From positions 62,001 through 117,344 of IMG/VR virus record IMGVR_UViG_3300007523_000006: 55,344 bases of DNA. One strand, written 5' to 3'. Below the pieces are notes generated by a model, which was not told the origin of the DNA, searched no databases, and saw only the letters and a list, made by a program, of their open reading frames with translations. Below, piece by piece: positions 37,607 through 45,421 of the stretch (its first letter is position 1; the number at the start of each line of letters is the position of its first letter). The DNA comes from an uncultured virus (IMG/VR IMGVR_UViG_3300007523_000006). Its lineage: Duplodnaviria > Heunggongvirae > Uroviricota > Caudoviricetes. The translations under genes were made by a program, and so were the position numbers.

Positions 37607-38684
37607 AGCCAATGGTTGCCAAGAAGTTCGGACCCCACTTATATGGAAGTCCGAACTTTATGCAACCAGCGGACACCTGGATCACTATGCAAAAAATATG
37701 TTCTTCGTCAGTGATAAGCCTGCTGGCGAGTCCCACGAAGAAGGACATGAAGATCAGTGCTTAAAACCAATGAATTGTCCTGGGCATATGGAGATATTCC
37801 GCTCGAAACAGTGGAGCTATCGAGACTTGCCTGTTCGATTCGCTGAATATGGTCCTTTACACCGCAATGAAGTTTCTGGTGCCTTGGGTGGGCTAACTCG
37901 CTGTCGTGCATTCTGCCAGGATGACGCCCACATTTTCGTTTCGCCGGACAACCTACAAAGCGAAATCAAACGAATCCTTGTCATGATCGAAAGAGTTTAC
38001 GGATGGTTTGGAATGAAGTTCCGATCCGTACTCAGCACTCGTCCTTATAACTTCATGGGCGAGAAGTTGGTTTGGGATAATGCTGAGGCGAACCTCGAAG
38101 ATGCTTTATGCGAAAATGGATTGAAGTTCGAGATTGCCCATAAAGACGGTGCGTTTTATGGTCCAAAAATAGACTTCATTGTGACTGATTCCCTTGGACG
38201 TGATTGGCAAACAGCAACAATCCAATTGGACTTCCAGTTGCCTCAAAGATTCGGTTGTACCTATACCGACAAGGACGACAAAGAGCAAACTCCAATTGTC
38301 ATTCACAGAGCAATATACGGCAGCTTTGAAAGATTCATTGGTGTATTGTTGGAACATACTGACGGGCATCTACCATTATGGTTGGCTCCTGTTGGTGTAA
38401 CCATTGCACCAATCAGCGACAAAGTTGCTGAATACGCTGATGAGATCAAAGAGGTTTTGCTTGCTCATGGAATTCGGTGTGAATGCGATCACTCGAATCG
38501 AACTCTGCAACAGAAGATTGCCATCGGGTACGATAAAAAAGTACCCTACATGGTCATCTTGGGAGAGAAAGAAAAATCCGCAAGAACCGTTACCCTCAAA
38601 CAAATGAGATCAACTGCTGTCGCACAGGAAACCTTATCTTTGGAAGTATTCCTTCCTCAGATGGTCGCACTGGCGAAAGAGTAA
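37461..38684 (+). CDS. thrS: Threonyl-tRNA synthetase lacking N-terminal TGS/editing domains
   Basis: DHRAIGK, SGHLDHY, KPMNCPGH, HRNE.SG.L.GLTR, QDDAH, GAFYGPKID, TIQLDF and IHRAIYGSFERF. Length is 407 aa. Confidence 0.95.
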   Translation: MDNNRDHRAIGKKLDLFMFSPLSPGCPIWLPKGVVLYQSLLNRIRQLNEANGCQEVRTPLIWKSELYATSGHLDHYAKNMFFVSDKPAGESHEEGHEDQCLKPMNCPGHMEIFRSKQWSYRDLPVRFAEYGPLHRNEVSGALGGLTRCRAFCQDDAHIFVSPDNLQSEIKRILVMIERVYGWFGMKFRSVLSTRPYNFMGEKLVWDNAEANLEDALCENGLKFEIAHKDGAFYGPKIDFIVTDSLGRDWQTATIQLDFQLPQRFGCTYTDKDDKEQTPIVIHRAIYGSFERFIGVLLEHTDGHLPLWLAPVGVTIAPISDKVAEYADEIKEVLLAHGIRCECDHSNRTLQQKIAIGYDKKVPYMVILGEKEKSARTVTLKQMRSTAVAQETLSLEVFLPQMVALAKE

Positions 38685-38767
38685 GCCAAGGATGAGTGAT
38701 ACATAATGTTGTATGAGGTACGACATTATTCAAAATTTACCCTTCCGAATATATTTGTTGGAAGTAG

Positions 38768-38983
38768 ATGGAACTACACAATATTGGATACATCGATGAC
38801 GATTTCCGAACGGACCTGCGTACATTCAGTGCCACGTCCAAAAATTCAAGCCCTGATTCAATCATCAAGGGCTTGAACGCTTTCCTGGAAAGTGAAGGAT
38901 ACATCAACGTCGCCGAGTTGGTTTCCGAAGAATACAAAGCTGGCGTCGTCAGCATTCGATCACGACTCATAGAAAGAGACTAA
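38768..38983 (+). CDS. Hypothetical protein
   Basis: Short ORF abutting the next gene. Confidence 0.4.
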   Translation: MELHNIGYIDDDFRTDLRTFSATSKNSSPDSIIKGLNAFLESEGYINVAELVSEEYKAGVVSIRSRLIERD

Positions 38984-38985
38984 TC

Positions 38986-39942
38986 ATGTCAGAGCATATT
39001 GAGTTCACGCCCAATGGACTCGTGCTTCATAAGTGGAACGGCAACAAGCGTAAGTTTGTTCGCAAGCGTCCCAAGAAACTGAGCATCATTACTCATCTTA
39101 GATCTCGCTGCGAGATTGCCGAAGGCACTACCCTGAAGCAAATCTTCGAGACGGTTGACAAATACAAGTTTCTGAAATTGGTGATTTCCCAATATTCATG
39201 GTGCCGTCAATTGGACGCATTCCACGCACAGGCTCAAGAACCTATGCGTGACGATCCAGATGATACTGATCCGCTTGAATATCTGGAACTCTATCATCAT
39301 CCCGAAGTTTACAAGTTAACGGAAAAGAAGAAACACCCTGGTGGTATGCGTGAACGCACCATTACCGTTGACTTCGACACGTCAGTTGGGTTCCACGGCA
39401 TTGGTCCCACCAAAGAAGAAGACGGTTTAGCCAACCGTACAGACGGGAAGACCAATTATTCCGTGTCTTATAGTCCCATGTGGAAGTTGGCTGATTTGCC
39501 GGTCAAACTCAACAAGACATTTGACGTATATGAACCTTTCGATACCAACAACCCTCGCAAAAAACCCGAAAAGCTGCTGACTGCTACTCGTGAATATACT
39601 CTCCTGGAAGTCCTCGATGCCATCTATTGGGACATTTCCTTTATGGGCGGTCCCGAAGATAACGCTAATTTTCTGGATAACATGAAAGAAACGGTGGATC
39701 AAATCAAAAACGGCGAAGTGCCGATGATCCCCATTGAACAAGTTTTCACCGACATGAAAGAAGACATGTCGGAAGAAGGCGAACCCAAACCGATGAAAAT
39801 TTTGATGCACCCGGATGTTGCCAGATTCTTCGGCTGCGACCCCGATAGCATCCCGTTGGATGACAAAGAAATCATTCGCAACGAAATCATTCGCAACGAA
39901 ATCATTCGCAACGAAATCATTCGCAACGACGATGAGTCTTGA
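38986..39942 (+). CDS. Hypothetical protein with C-terminal (EIIRN)x4
   Basis: 318-aa ORF. Confidence 0.7.
   Translation: MSEHIEFTPNGLVLHKWNGNKRKFVRKRPKKLSIITHLRSRCEIAEGTTLKQIFETVDKYKFLKLVISQYSWCRQLDAFHAQAQEPMRDDPDDTDPLEYLELYHHPEVYKLTEKKKHPGGMRERTITVDFDTSVGFHGIGPTKEEDGLANRTDGKTNYSVSYSPMWKLADLPVKLNKTFDVYEPFDTNNPRKKPEKLLTATREYTLLEVLDAIYWDISFMGGPEDNANFLDNMKETVDQIKNGEVPMIPIEQVFTDMKEDMSEEGEPKPMKILMHPDVARFFGCDPDSIPLDDKEIIRNEIIRNEIIRNEIIRNDDES
39868..39927. repeat. 4 perfect copies of a 15-bp tandem repeat
   Basis: GAAATCATTCGCAAC x4, in frame. Confidence 0.95.
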
Positions 39943-39987
39943 CACTTCTTTTTGTTTGCTGTACAGTGACTTCAAGAAAGGAAGCGT

Positions 39988-40359
39988 GTCATCGTAGTCA
40001 AAGAAATTCTAAATGCTGGCGGCGTTTGTCCTTTCTAGGTCGAAGGAAAAACAGATAAAGGTGAAGAGATATACGCCCGTTATCGCTGGGGTCGATTAAG
40101 AGTCGAGGTTACTCATGGTGACGGTGAACGTGAAGTCATTTTCACCAAGCAGGTTGGCGAAGACCAAGACGACGAAGAAATAAACAAAATGCGAGCAGCC
40201 GGAATGAGCGAGGAGCGTCTCACTCAAATGGCTGAAACTTTCAAAAACGTACGTGCCTATTCCGAAGGTGAGCCTCTTTGTTTCGACGGATATATGGACA
40301 TGGACAAACTCCGTGTTGCTACCGAAGGCGAAATAGAGTGGCCAGATTTTGAGGAATAA
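39988..40359 (+). pseudogene. Hypothetical phage gene with an in-frame TAG and no canonical start
   Basis: Reads IVVKEILNAGGVCPF*VEGKTDKGEEIYARYRWGRLRV...WPDFEE*. TAG at 40036, AAAGGA SD upstream. Confidence 0.55.
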
Positions 40360-40388
40360 CTAATGTGGCCTTTCACCAGGAGAAAAAA

Positions 40389-40898
40389 ATGGGTGGTATT
40401 AACGAGTCTGTTCTTGAGTCCGACGATAAGGGTGGAAAGAAGAAAAAAGATGCTGGTGCTGCTAGTCCCAGCATGGACGGAACAATCCTTGCACCTGACC
40501 ACGTTCAACCGCCTACGAACGTGGTCCCGCCGTTGTTGAGGCGGAAACCGCCGTCCTGGCCAAGGCGGAAACCGCCGTTAAACTTGCATGACGAGCAAGA
40601 AACTGGCGTTCCAATGCAGACTCAGGCTATTCGACAACATATGAATAATGGACAAGTCCATTTGCATGTAGATTTGCCACAGCCTCTCAAAGCTGCTGTG
40701 CCAGTTGCCGAATGGTTCGTCATCATGCGACATCTGCGTTCCTTGAACCCATTCACCTTTGTCGATGCAGAAAACAAGTGCGTGGCGTATTTACGCCCTT
40801 ACGTTCATGGCGGTCTATTCGAGGTCGTCATTGAATTGGCTCCAATTGAAATTGGGCCTCGTTTCAACGATATGAATGCCGTCACTGGCAAGAGATAA
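40389..40898 (+). CDS. Hypothetical protein
   Basis: AGGAG SD. Contains a duplicated GGCGG-AAA-CCGCC hairpin near 40540-40578. Confidence 0.55.
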   Translation: MGGINESVLESDDKGGKKKKDAGAASPSMDGTILAPDHVQPPTNVVPPLLRRKPPSWPRRKPPLNLHDEQETGVPMQTQAIRQHMNNGQVHLHVDLPQPLKAAVPVAEWFVIMRHLRSLNPFTFVDAENKCVAYLRPYVHGGLFEVVIELAPIEIGPRFNDMNAVTGKR

Positions 40899-40906
40899 GG
40901 TGACTA

Positions 40907-41284
40907 ATGGACAACAAAATATGGCAGGAATTTTACTGCGGCGAGTGTTCGGGCTATTTCCGTGTCAGATTGAACATGGCCCTGACTATCGGCGTAGAAA
41001 TCGTTTGCCCCAAGTGCAAACATAAACACCATCGCTTCATTAAGGATGGAACGATATACGAAAATGGTCGCAGAGAAAATGGGGCCAAGGAAGAAATCTG
41101 CCCGCCTTTGTCGGCTTACAGCAAAGAACCACTGACGGCCAAGATGAGATCGGCCACGGGGTATAGTGGTCGCAGGGACGGAGTGAAGATTGAGAAAGAA
41201 GAAGACCTCAACGAACGCAGTCCCATTGCCGATGCAATGATTAAAGAACGATGGTTCGAGTTATATGGAGGTAACATCAATTGA
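40907..41284 (+). CDS. Zinc-ribbon protein
   Basis: CGEC...CPKC motifs. Confidence 0.65.
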   Translation: MDNKIWQEFYCGECSGYFRVRLNMALTIGVEIVCPKCKHKHHRFIKDGTIYENGRRENGAKEEICPPLSAYSKEPLTAKMRSATGYSGRRDGVKIEKEEDLNERSPIADAMIKERWFELYGGNIN

Positions 41285-41559
41285 AAAAGTTCTACGACCC
41301 TCATCCTGGTGCGAGCATAGCATTGCCAGAAATTATTTCCCTTGTAGCCAAGGGAATCAGCGGCAAAGAAATGGAAATTGCCGATGTTGTCAGAATCATT
41401 CAAGATGCTGCCGATACTTTGGTGGCAGACGGTTCTTTTGGTGACGCCAAAGTCGAAGACCAAAAAGACTACATCAGTCTTACCCTGGTTGAAGGAGAAG
41501 GTGGTGCCGAGGACTTTCCGAGGCACTCATTCAGAGTCATTCGATATAAGGAAAAGTAA
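41281..41559 (+). CDS. Hypothetical protein
   Basis: GGAGG SD and overlapping TTG start. Confidence 0.6.
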   Translation: MKKFYDPHPGASIALPEIISLVAKGISGKEMEIADVVRIIQDAADTLVADGSFGDAKVEDQKDYISLTLVEGEGGAEDFPRHSFRVIRYKEK

Positions 41560-41934
41560 ATGACCGCCACAGTAGATCGTGAAATCGACGCTGCAATGCT
41601 TCGAGTAGGCAATAAACCCGGCAATCTGTCGGCCAAGATCAGGATTCCCGACATTTTGGGAATCATGGATGATCCATCACAAAAGGCACCCGAAGGGTTC
41701 GGTTGTTTCCGCATCATGACGCCAAAAGACGGCGACAAGCGTGTGGTGTGGGATAGCCGAGACTTCGCTCAAATCAGTGAAGCAAAAACAATGTTCGACG
41801 AACTGGTCGTCCAAGGACTTGTTCCATATTGTGTGGGAGTAAACGGTCGAGCTTCATCAGAAGTCATGGCTGAGTTCGATCCTTACGCCGAAGAGATCAT
41901 CTTTCTCCCCGTAGCAATGGTTGCAGGAGGTTAA
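41560..41934 (+). CDS. Small protein ending in Gly-Gly (possibly ubiquitin-like)
   Basis: C-terminus EEIIFLPVAMVAGG*. Confidence 0.65.
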   Translation: MTATVDREIDAAMLRVGNKPGNLSAKIRIPDILGIMDDPSQKAPEGFGCFRIMTPKDGDKRVVWDSRDFAQISEAKTMFDELVVQGLVPYCVGVNGRASSEVMAEFDPYAEEIIFLPVAMVAGG

Positions 41935-41935
41935 T

Positions 41936-42769
41936 ATGGCCACAAGTGGATACTTGATACTCGGTAACAACAAATACACTGTAGGTAGTTGTGAAATCAC
42001 CTACGATTGTAATCCTGCTGCAACCTCCAGTTGTAATTCTTGGGTCAATTACGATTATGGCACCGGAACAGCCAGCCCTCGCATCAAAGTGAAGGCATAC
42101 CGTGCTGACCCTTGGTCTACTGGAAATGTCTATCGTGTTGCTTCGACAGCTACTACGGCGTGTACCATTCAATTGAATAATTGGGGCTGGAGCGATAACG
42201 ATTGCTCTGTTGAATACGAATACGAATGGTATGGAGTTGCCGCCAAGCCGATGTCGGCTGAAGAAAAGAAAGCCTATGAGGAAAAACGGCTCAAAGAACG
42301 GTTTTCTCAAATCATCCAAGGTCGGTGTGCGCCGAATATCGCTATTCGGCAAAATACAAAACGGCAACCCTTGCCGTTGCCTGCGGATATTCGAGAACAA
42401 CGAGCGAGAGAAACGCTGCGAAGGGTTATTGGAGATCAGAAGTACGTCAACTTCATCAAGCACGGGTTTATCTCAGTGAAGGGTAGAAGTGGATTGGTCT
42501 ACCAAATCTTCACTGGACAAGGTATAACCCATGTGTTCGACCAGGGCAACTTGGTTGAACGATTGTGCGTCGTACTTCAGGGCAGCTTCCCACCCACTGA
42601 CTCGCTTATTATGAGATATCTACTCATCCTAAATAATGAGCAGCAGTTCCGATCCCTCGCCATCAAGCACTCGATCTCTGGATACGAGCGCTCCCGCCAA
42701 GTTAATGGCCCTGCGGAAATTAAGCCGCTTGCGGAACTCTTCAAGGAATTGAAGTCCAAAGTTGCATAA
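41936..42769 (+). CDS. Hypothetical protein; C-terminal domain with LC...P..D motif
   Basis: AGGAGG SD. RARETL...V.G.SG..Y.I...ERLCVV....PPTDSL. Confidence 0.7.
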   Translation: MATSGYLILGNNKYTVGSCEITYDCNPAATSSCNSWVNYDYGTGTASPRIKVKAYRADPWSTGNVYRVASTATTACTIQLNNWGWSDNDCSVEYEYEWYGVAAKPMSAEEKKAYEEKRLKERFSQIIQGRCAPNIAIRQNTKRQPLPLPADIREQRARETLRRVIGDQKYVNFIKHGFISVKGRSGLVYQIFTGQGITHVFDQGNLVERLCVVLQGSFPPTDSLIMRYLLILNNEQQFRSLAIKHSISGYERSRQVNGPAEIKPLAELFKELKSKVA

Positions 42770-42787
42770 CTCTGAAGATGAAACACG

Positions 42788-42819
42788 AAATAGCCAGGGA
42801 TAAAACCCTGGCTATTTTT
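42788..42819 (+). terminator. Intrinsic terminator
   Basis: AAATAGCCAGGG-N6-CCCTGGCTATTTTT. Confidence 0.85.
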
Positions 42820-42830
42820 ATATATAAGGC

Positions 42831-43289
42831 ATGAATTTTAAGAAATGGCTCCTCATAGAGCATGAACAAAATGTCAATCTACAGCAAGCAATCCAAATTG
42901 CTACGGCTCATAATGGACCTATTTCTGCAAAAGAAATGCGTATAGACACATTGCAGAATGCCGCTCGTTTAGAGAAGTCGATATCATTTGATTCAGAATT
43001 CGCCGTAGCTAATATCGGCAGAAGAATTCAAGGATATGACATGCAACGAGTAATGCAGATGATTGGGGTCATGTTTCAAGCATTGAACCTACCTGCTCCC
43101 CAAGACCCACGACAGATCGACAAGCAAGTGGTTCAACAGCATGTTCCTAAAATCAAAGAGATGTTGCCACCGATCATTGTTAGCGTAATGCCAGATGAAT
43201 CCTATGATCTGGATGACGGCAACCACAGATTAGGCTGTGCGAGAGTTTTGGGGCTTCTAACCATGAAAGCCTTTGTAATCCGTGATTAG
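42831..43289 (+). CDS. ParB/Srx-like domain protein, putative internal head protein
   Basis: LPPIIV...YDLDDGNHRL. N-terminus MNFKKWLLIE, with TATATA-N4-ATG. Confidence 0.7.
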   Translation: MNFKKWLLIEHEQNVNLQQAIQIATAHNGPISAKEMRIDTLQNAARLEKSISFDSEFAVANIGRRIQGYDMQRVMQMIGVMFQALNLPAPQDPRQIDKQVVQQHVPKIKEMLPPIIVSVMPDESYDLDDGNHRLGCARVLGLLTMKAFVIRD

Positions 43290-43304
43290 AAACATTAAAG
43301 CACG

Positions 43305-43336
43305 AAAAAGTCAGGGATGTATCCCTGACTTTTTTT
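43305..43336 (+). terminator. Intrinsic terminator
   Basis: AAAAAGTCAGGGA-N4-TCCCTGACTTTTTTT. Confidence 0.85.
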
Positions 43337-43419
43337 ATTGGTCGTCCAAACTAATTTAGTCAGCATATAAATTAGAAGCCCAATTACGGATCAAAATCGA
43401 GGAAAATATGGCAACCGGC

Positions 43420-43474
43420 TATTGTTATTGTTATTGTTATTGTTATTGATCTTGATCTTGATCTTGATCTTGAT
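43420..43474. repeat. Compound hexamer microsatellite (TATTGT)n-(TGATCT)n
   Basis: Directly visible. Overlaps the mini-ORF at 43408-43449. Confidence 0.9.
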
Positions 43475-43496
43475 TTTATATTTTTGATCCGATAAG

Positions 43497-43916
43497 ATGG
43501 GATTTTTCGCCACCATCGCAATTTTCAATGAGACCGACATGCCAACCAAATACTCAGAACGACTGATTCTCCCCTCTGATGGCTCCGAAGAAATTGTATT
43601 CAAAACAAAAAATGGCTTGACAATCGCCACTGGCTACAGAAAAGTGAATTTTAGCGAAAAAAAGCCACTTATCGAGTTTGTAGACTCAATGATTGAAAAA
43701 GAAAATATCTTCATGCCGCTGAACCAGCAGTGGAAAGAGAAAAACCCATCTATCCAATATGCTGAATATCGCAGCCGGGATTATTGCAATATCAGGATTT
43801 TGAGAGATAAAACAAATGGCAGGTTTTACATCTCGCCCTTTGATCTCATTTCTGATGAAATCCCCGTATTGATCTCACCACTGCGGCGTAAAAAAACCAT
43901 TCTCGCCATAGCCTAA
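43497..43916 (+). CDS. Hypothetical protein
   Basis: 139-aa ORF; an alternative start is at 43539. Confidence 0.6.
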   Translation: MGFFATIAIFNETDMPTKYSERLILPSDGSEEIVFKTKNGLTIATGYRKVNFSEKKPLIEFVDSMIEKENIFMPLNQQWKEKNPSIQYAEYRSRDYCNIRILRDKTNGRFYISPFDLISDEIPVLISPLRRKKTILAIA

Positions 43917-43971
43917 CCAGCATGATTTACGATGCCAGAAAGAAAACTGATGTTGGAATCATAAATACAGC

Positions 43972-44310
43972 ATGGCAGACTTTGAATATATCGGAAGTGG
44001 TGGCGCTGAAACACTTGGCTGTGCCGAATACAGTATGCAGGTGTACTACACCTACGCATTTGAAGTAGGTTCTATCGTATATCTTAAACATAAAGCAAAA
44101 AAAGGAATTTTGGAACGTGTTGCCATCAAACGAATATTCATTCGTCAAAACAAGGCAACTTGGGGACAACCAATATTCATTTATCAAGACACCTTAAACT
44201 CGTTGTATAACGAAGCAGACCTAGTGACTCATCAGCAGGCCGTCGATTTGACATTGATCTACCATGAAAATATTCAACTCAACACCCTGGCCGCTCTAAG
44301 ATTGTGCTAG
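43972..44310 (+). CDS. Hypothetical protein, probably late-expressed
   Basis: TAAATA-N4-ATG start. Confidence 0.6.
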   Translation: MADFEYIGSGGAETLGCAEYSMQVYYTYAFEVGSIVYLKHKAKKGILERVAIKRIFIRQNKATWGQPIFIYQDTLNSLYNEADLVTHQQAVDLTLIYHENIQLNTLAALRLC

Positions 44311-44364
44311 ACCGACATCCATCTTCAAGTTACAATACAATATCCATTTTGACAACTTCAGGAG

Positions 44365-44976
44365 ATGAACATGCTTTATTGCTCAATCGACATTGAAACA
44401 ACAGGACTCAATCCAAAAACTTGCGATATTGTGCAGTTTGCGGCAATAATTGATGATCTGTCTAATCCGCAGCCACTCGAAAAGCTGCCGAAGTTTCAAA
44501 CTCATTTCGCACAGCCAACATATACTGGCGAGCCATACGCCTTGGGGATGCACCCTCAAATATTCAAGAAAATCGCCGATGCTCAAAAGAAGCGAATTGA
44601 AGAGAATGAATTCGGCGACCGATTCATGAATATTCTCGACCTGCCTTCTGCATTCAAGAACTTCTTAACACAGAATGGCGTCCCAGAAGACCCAAAGAGC
44701 GGTCGGGTCAGAATTACTATGGCAGGCAAGAATGTAGCTATGTTCGATCTTCCATTTTTGAACAAGAAGCTCAAAAAGCATTGGGGCGACATCACGATTT
44801 TACATCGTGTGATTGACCCGGCAATCCTTTATTATCAACCTGGAGATAAAAACCTGCCTGACTCGGCAACATGCCTGGAGCGAGCAGGATACGCTGGAGA
44901 AGTGGCTCACACGGCTCTGGAAGACGCCTTAATGGTCGTCAAGCTGGTACGACACAAGTTGCTGCCAAAGACTTAA
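44365..44976 (+). CDS. DEDDh 3'-5' exonuclease
   Basis: IDIETTGL, GKNVAMFDLPFL and HTALEDA. Confidence 0.88.
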   Translation: MNMLYCSIDIETTGLNPKTCDIVQFAAIIDDLSNPQPLEKLPKFQTHFAQPTYTGEPYALGMHPQIFKKIADAQKKRIEENEFGDRFMNILDLPSAFKNFLTQNGVPEDPKSGRVRITMAGKNVAMFDLPFLNKKLKKHWGDITILHRVIDPAILYYQPGDKNLPDSATCLERAGYAGEVAHTALEDALMVVKLVRHKLLPKT

Positions 44977-45395
44977 TCGAACCGTGAAACCTCCCATTCT
45001 GCGTCGATGGGTCTTGGAACAATCCTCTTTTTTCGGTTTTTGAATCGCACCTCGGCTTCGGCAGAAATTCTGAACGAATCAGTTGAACCATTACGAGCTA
45101 GGTCTTCAAGGATTTCCTTGTCGATCTCGCTCGCAATTTCTTGCGCTATAATATCAGCCAATGATTTTGCTGCATCTATGTTGTACAAATCTTGTGCGGC
45201 TTCCATGCTCCATACGGCTTTTAGCTTGCGTTGGACTGGAACAATTTCCTGGGACTCTATGCCCAACACGATTTCAGGGGCATACATACTTGTTGACATA
45301 TTTTTTAATTGAGGAAATGCCATGTGTTGTGGTTCAAAACGGAGTGGTACAAGAGGCAGTAAATCTGGTAGAATAACCCGTGCCAGGAAGATCAT
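44973..45395 (-). CDS. Small protein consisting of a T4 gp23-like major capsid protein fragment
   Basis: RKLKAVWSMEAAQDL..IDA...LA.IIAQEIASEIDKEILEDL. Start is uncertain (45395 or 45323). Confidence 0.7.
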   Translation of the reverse strand: MIFLARVILPDLLPLVPLRFEPQHMAFPQLKNMSTSMYAPEIVLGIESQEIVPVQRKLKAVWSMEAAQDLYNIDAAKSLADIIAQEIASEIDKEILEDLARNGSTDSFRISAEAEVRFKNRKKRIVPRPIDAEWEVSRFD

Positions 45396-45421
45396 ACAAA
45401 CTCAGGCAATAGATACAAACA

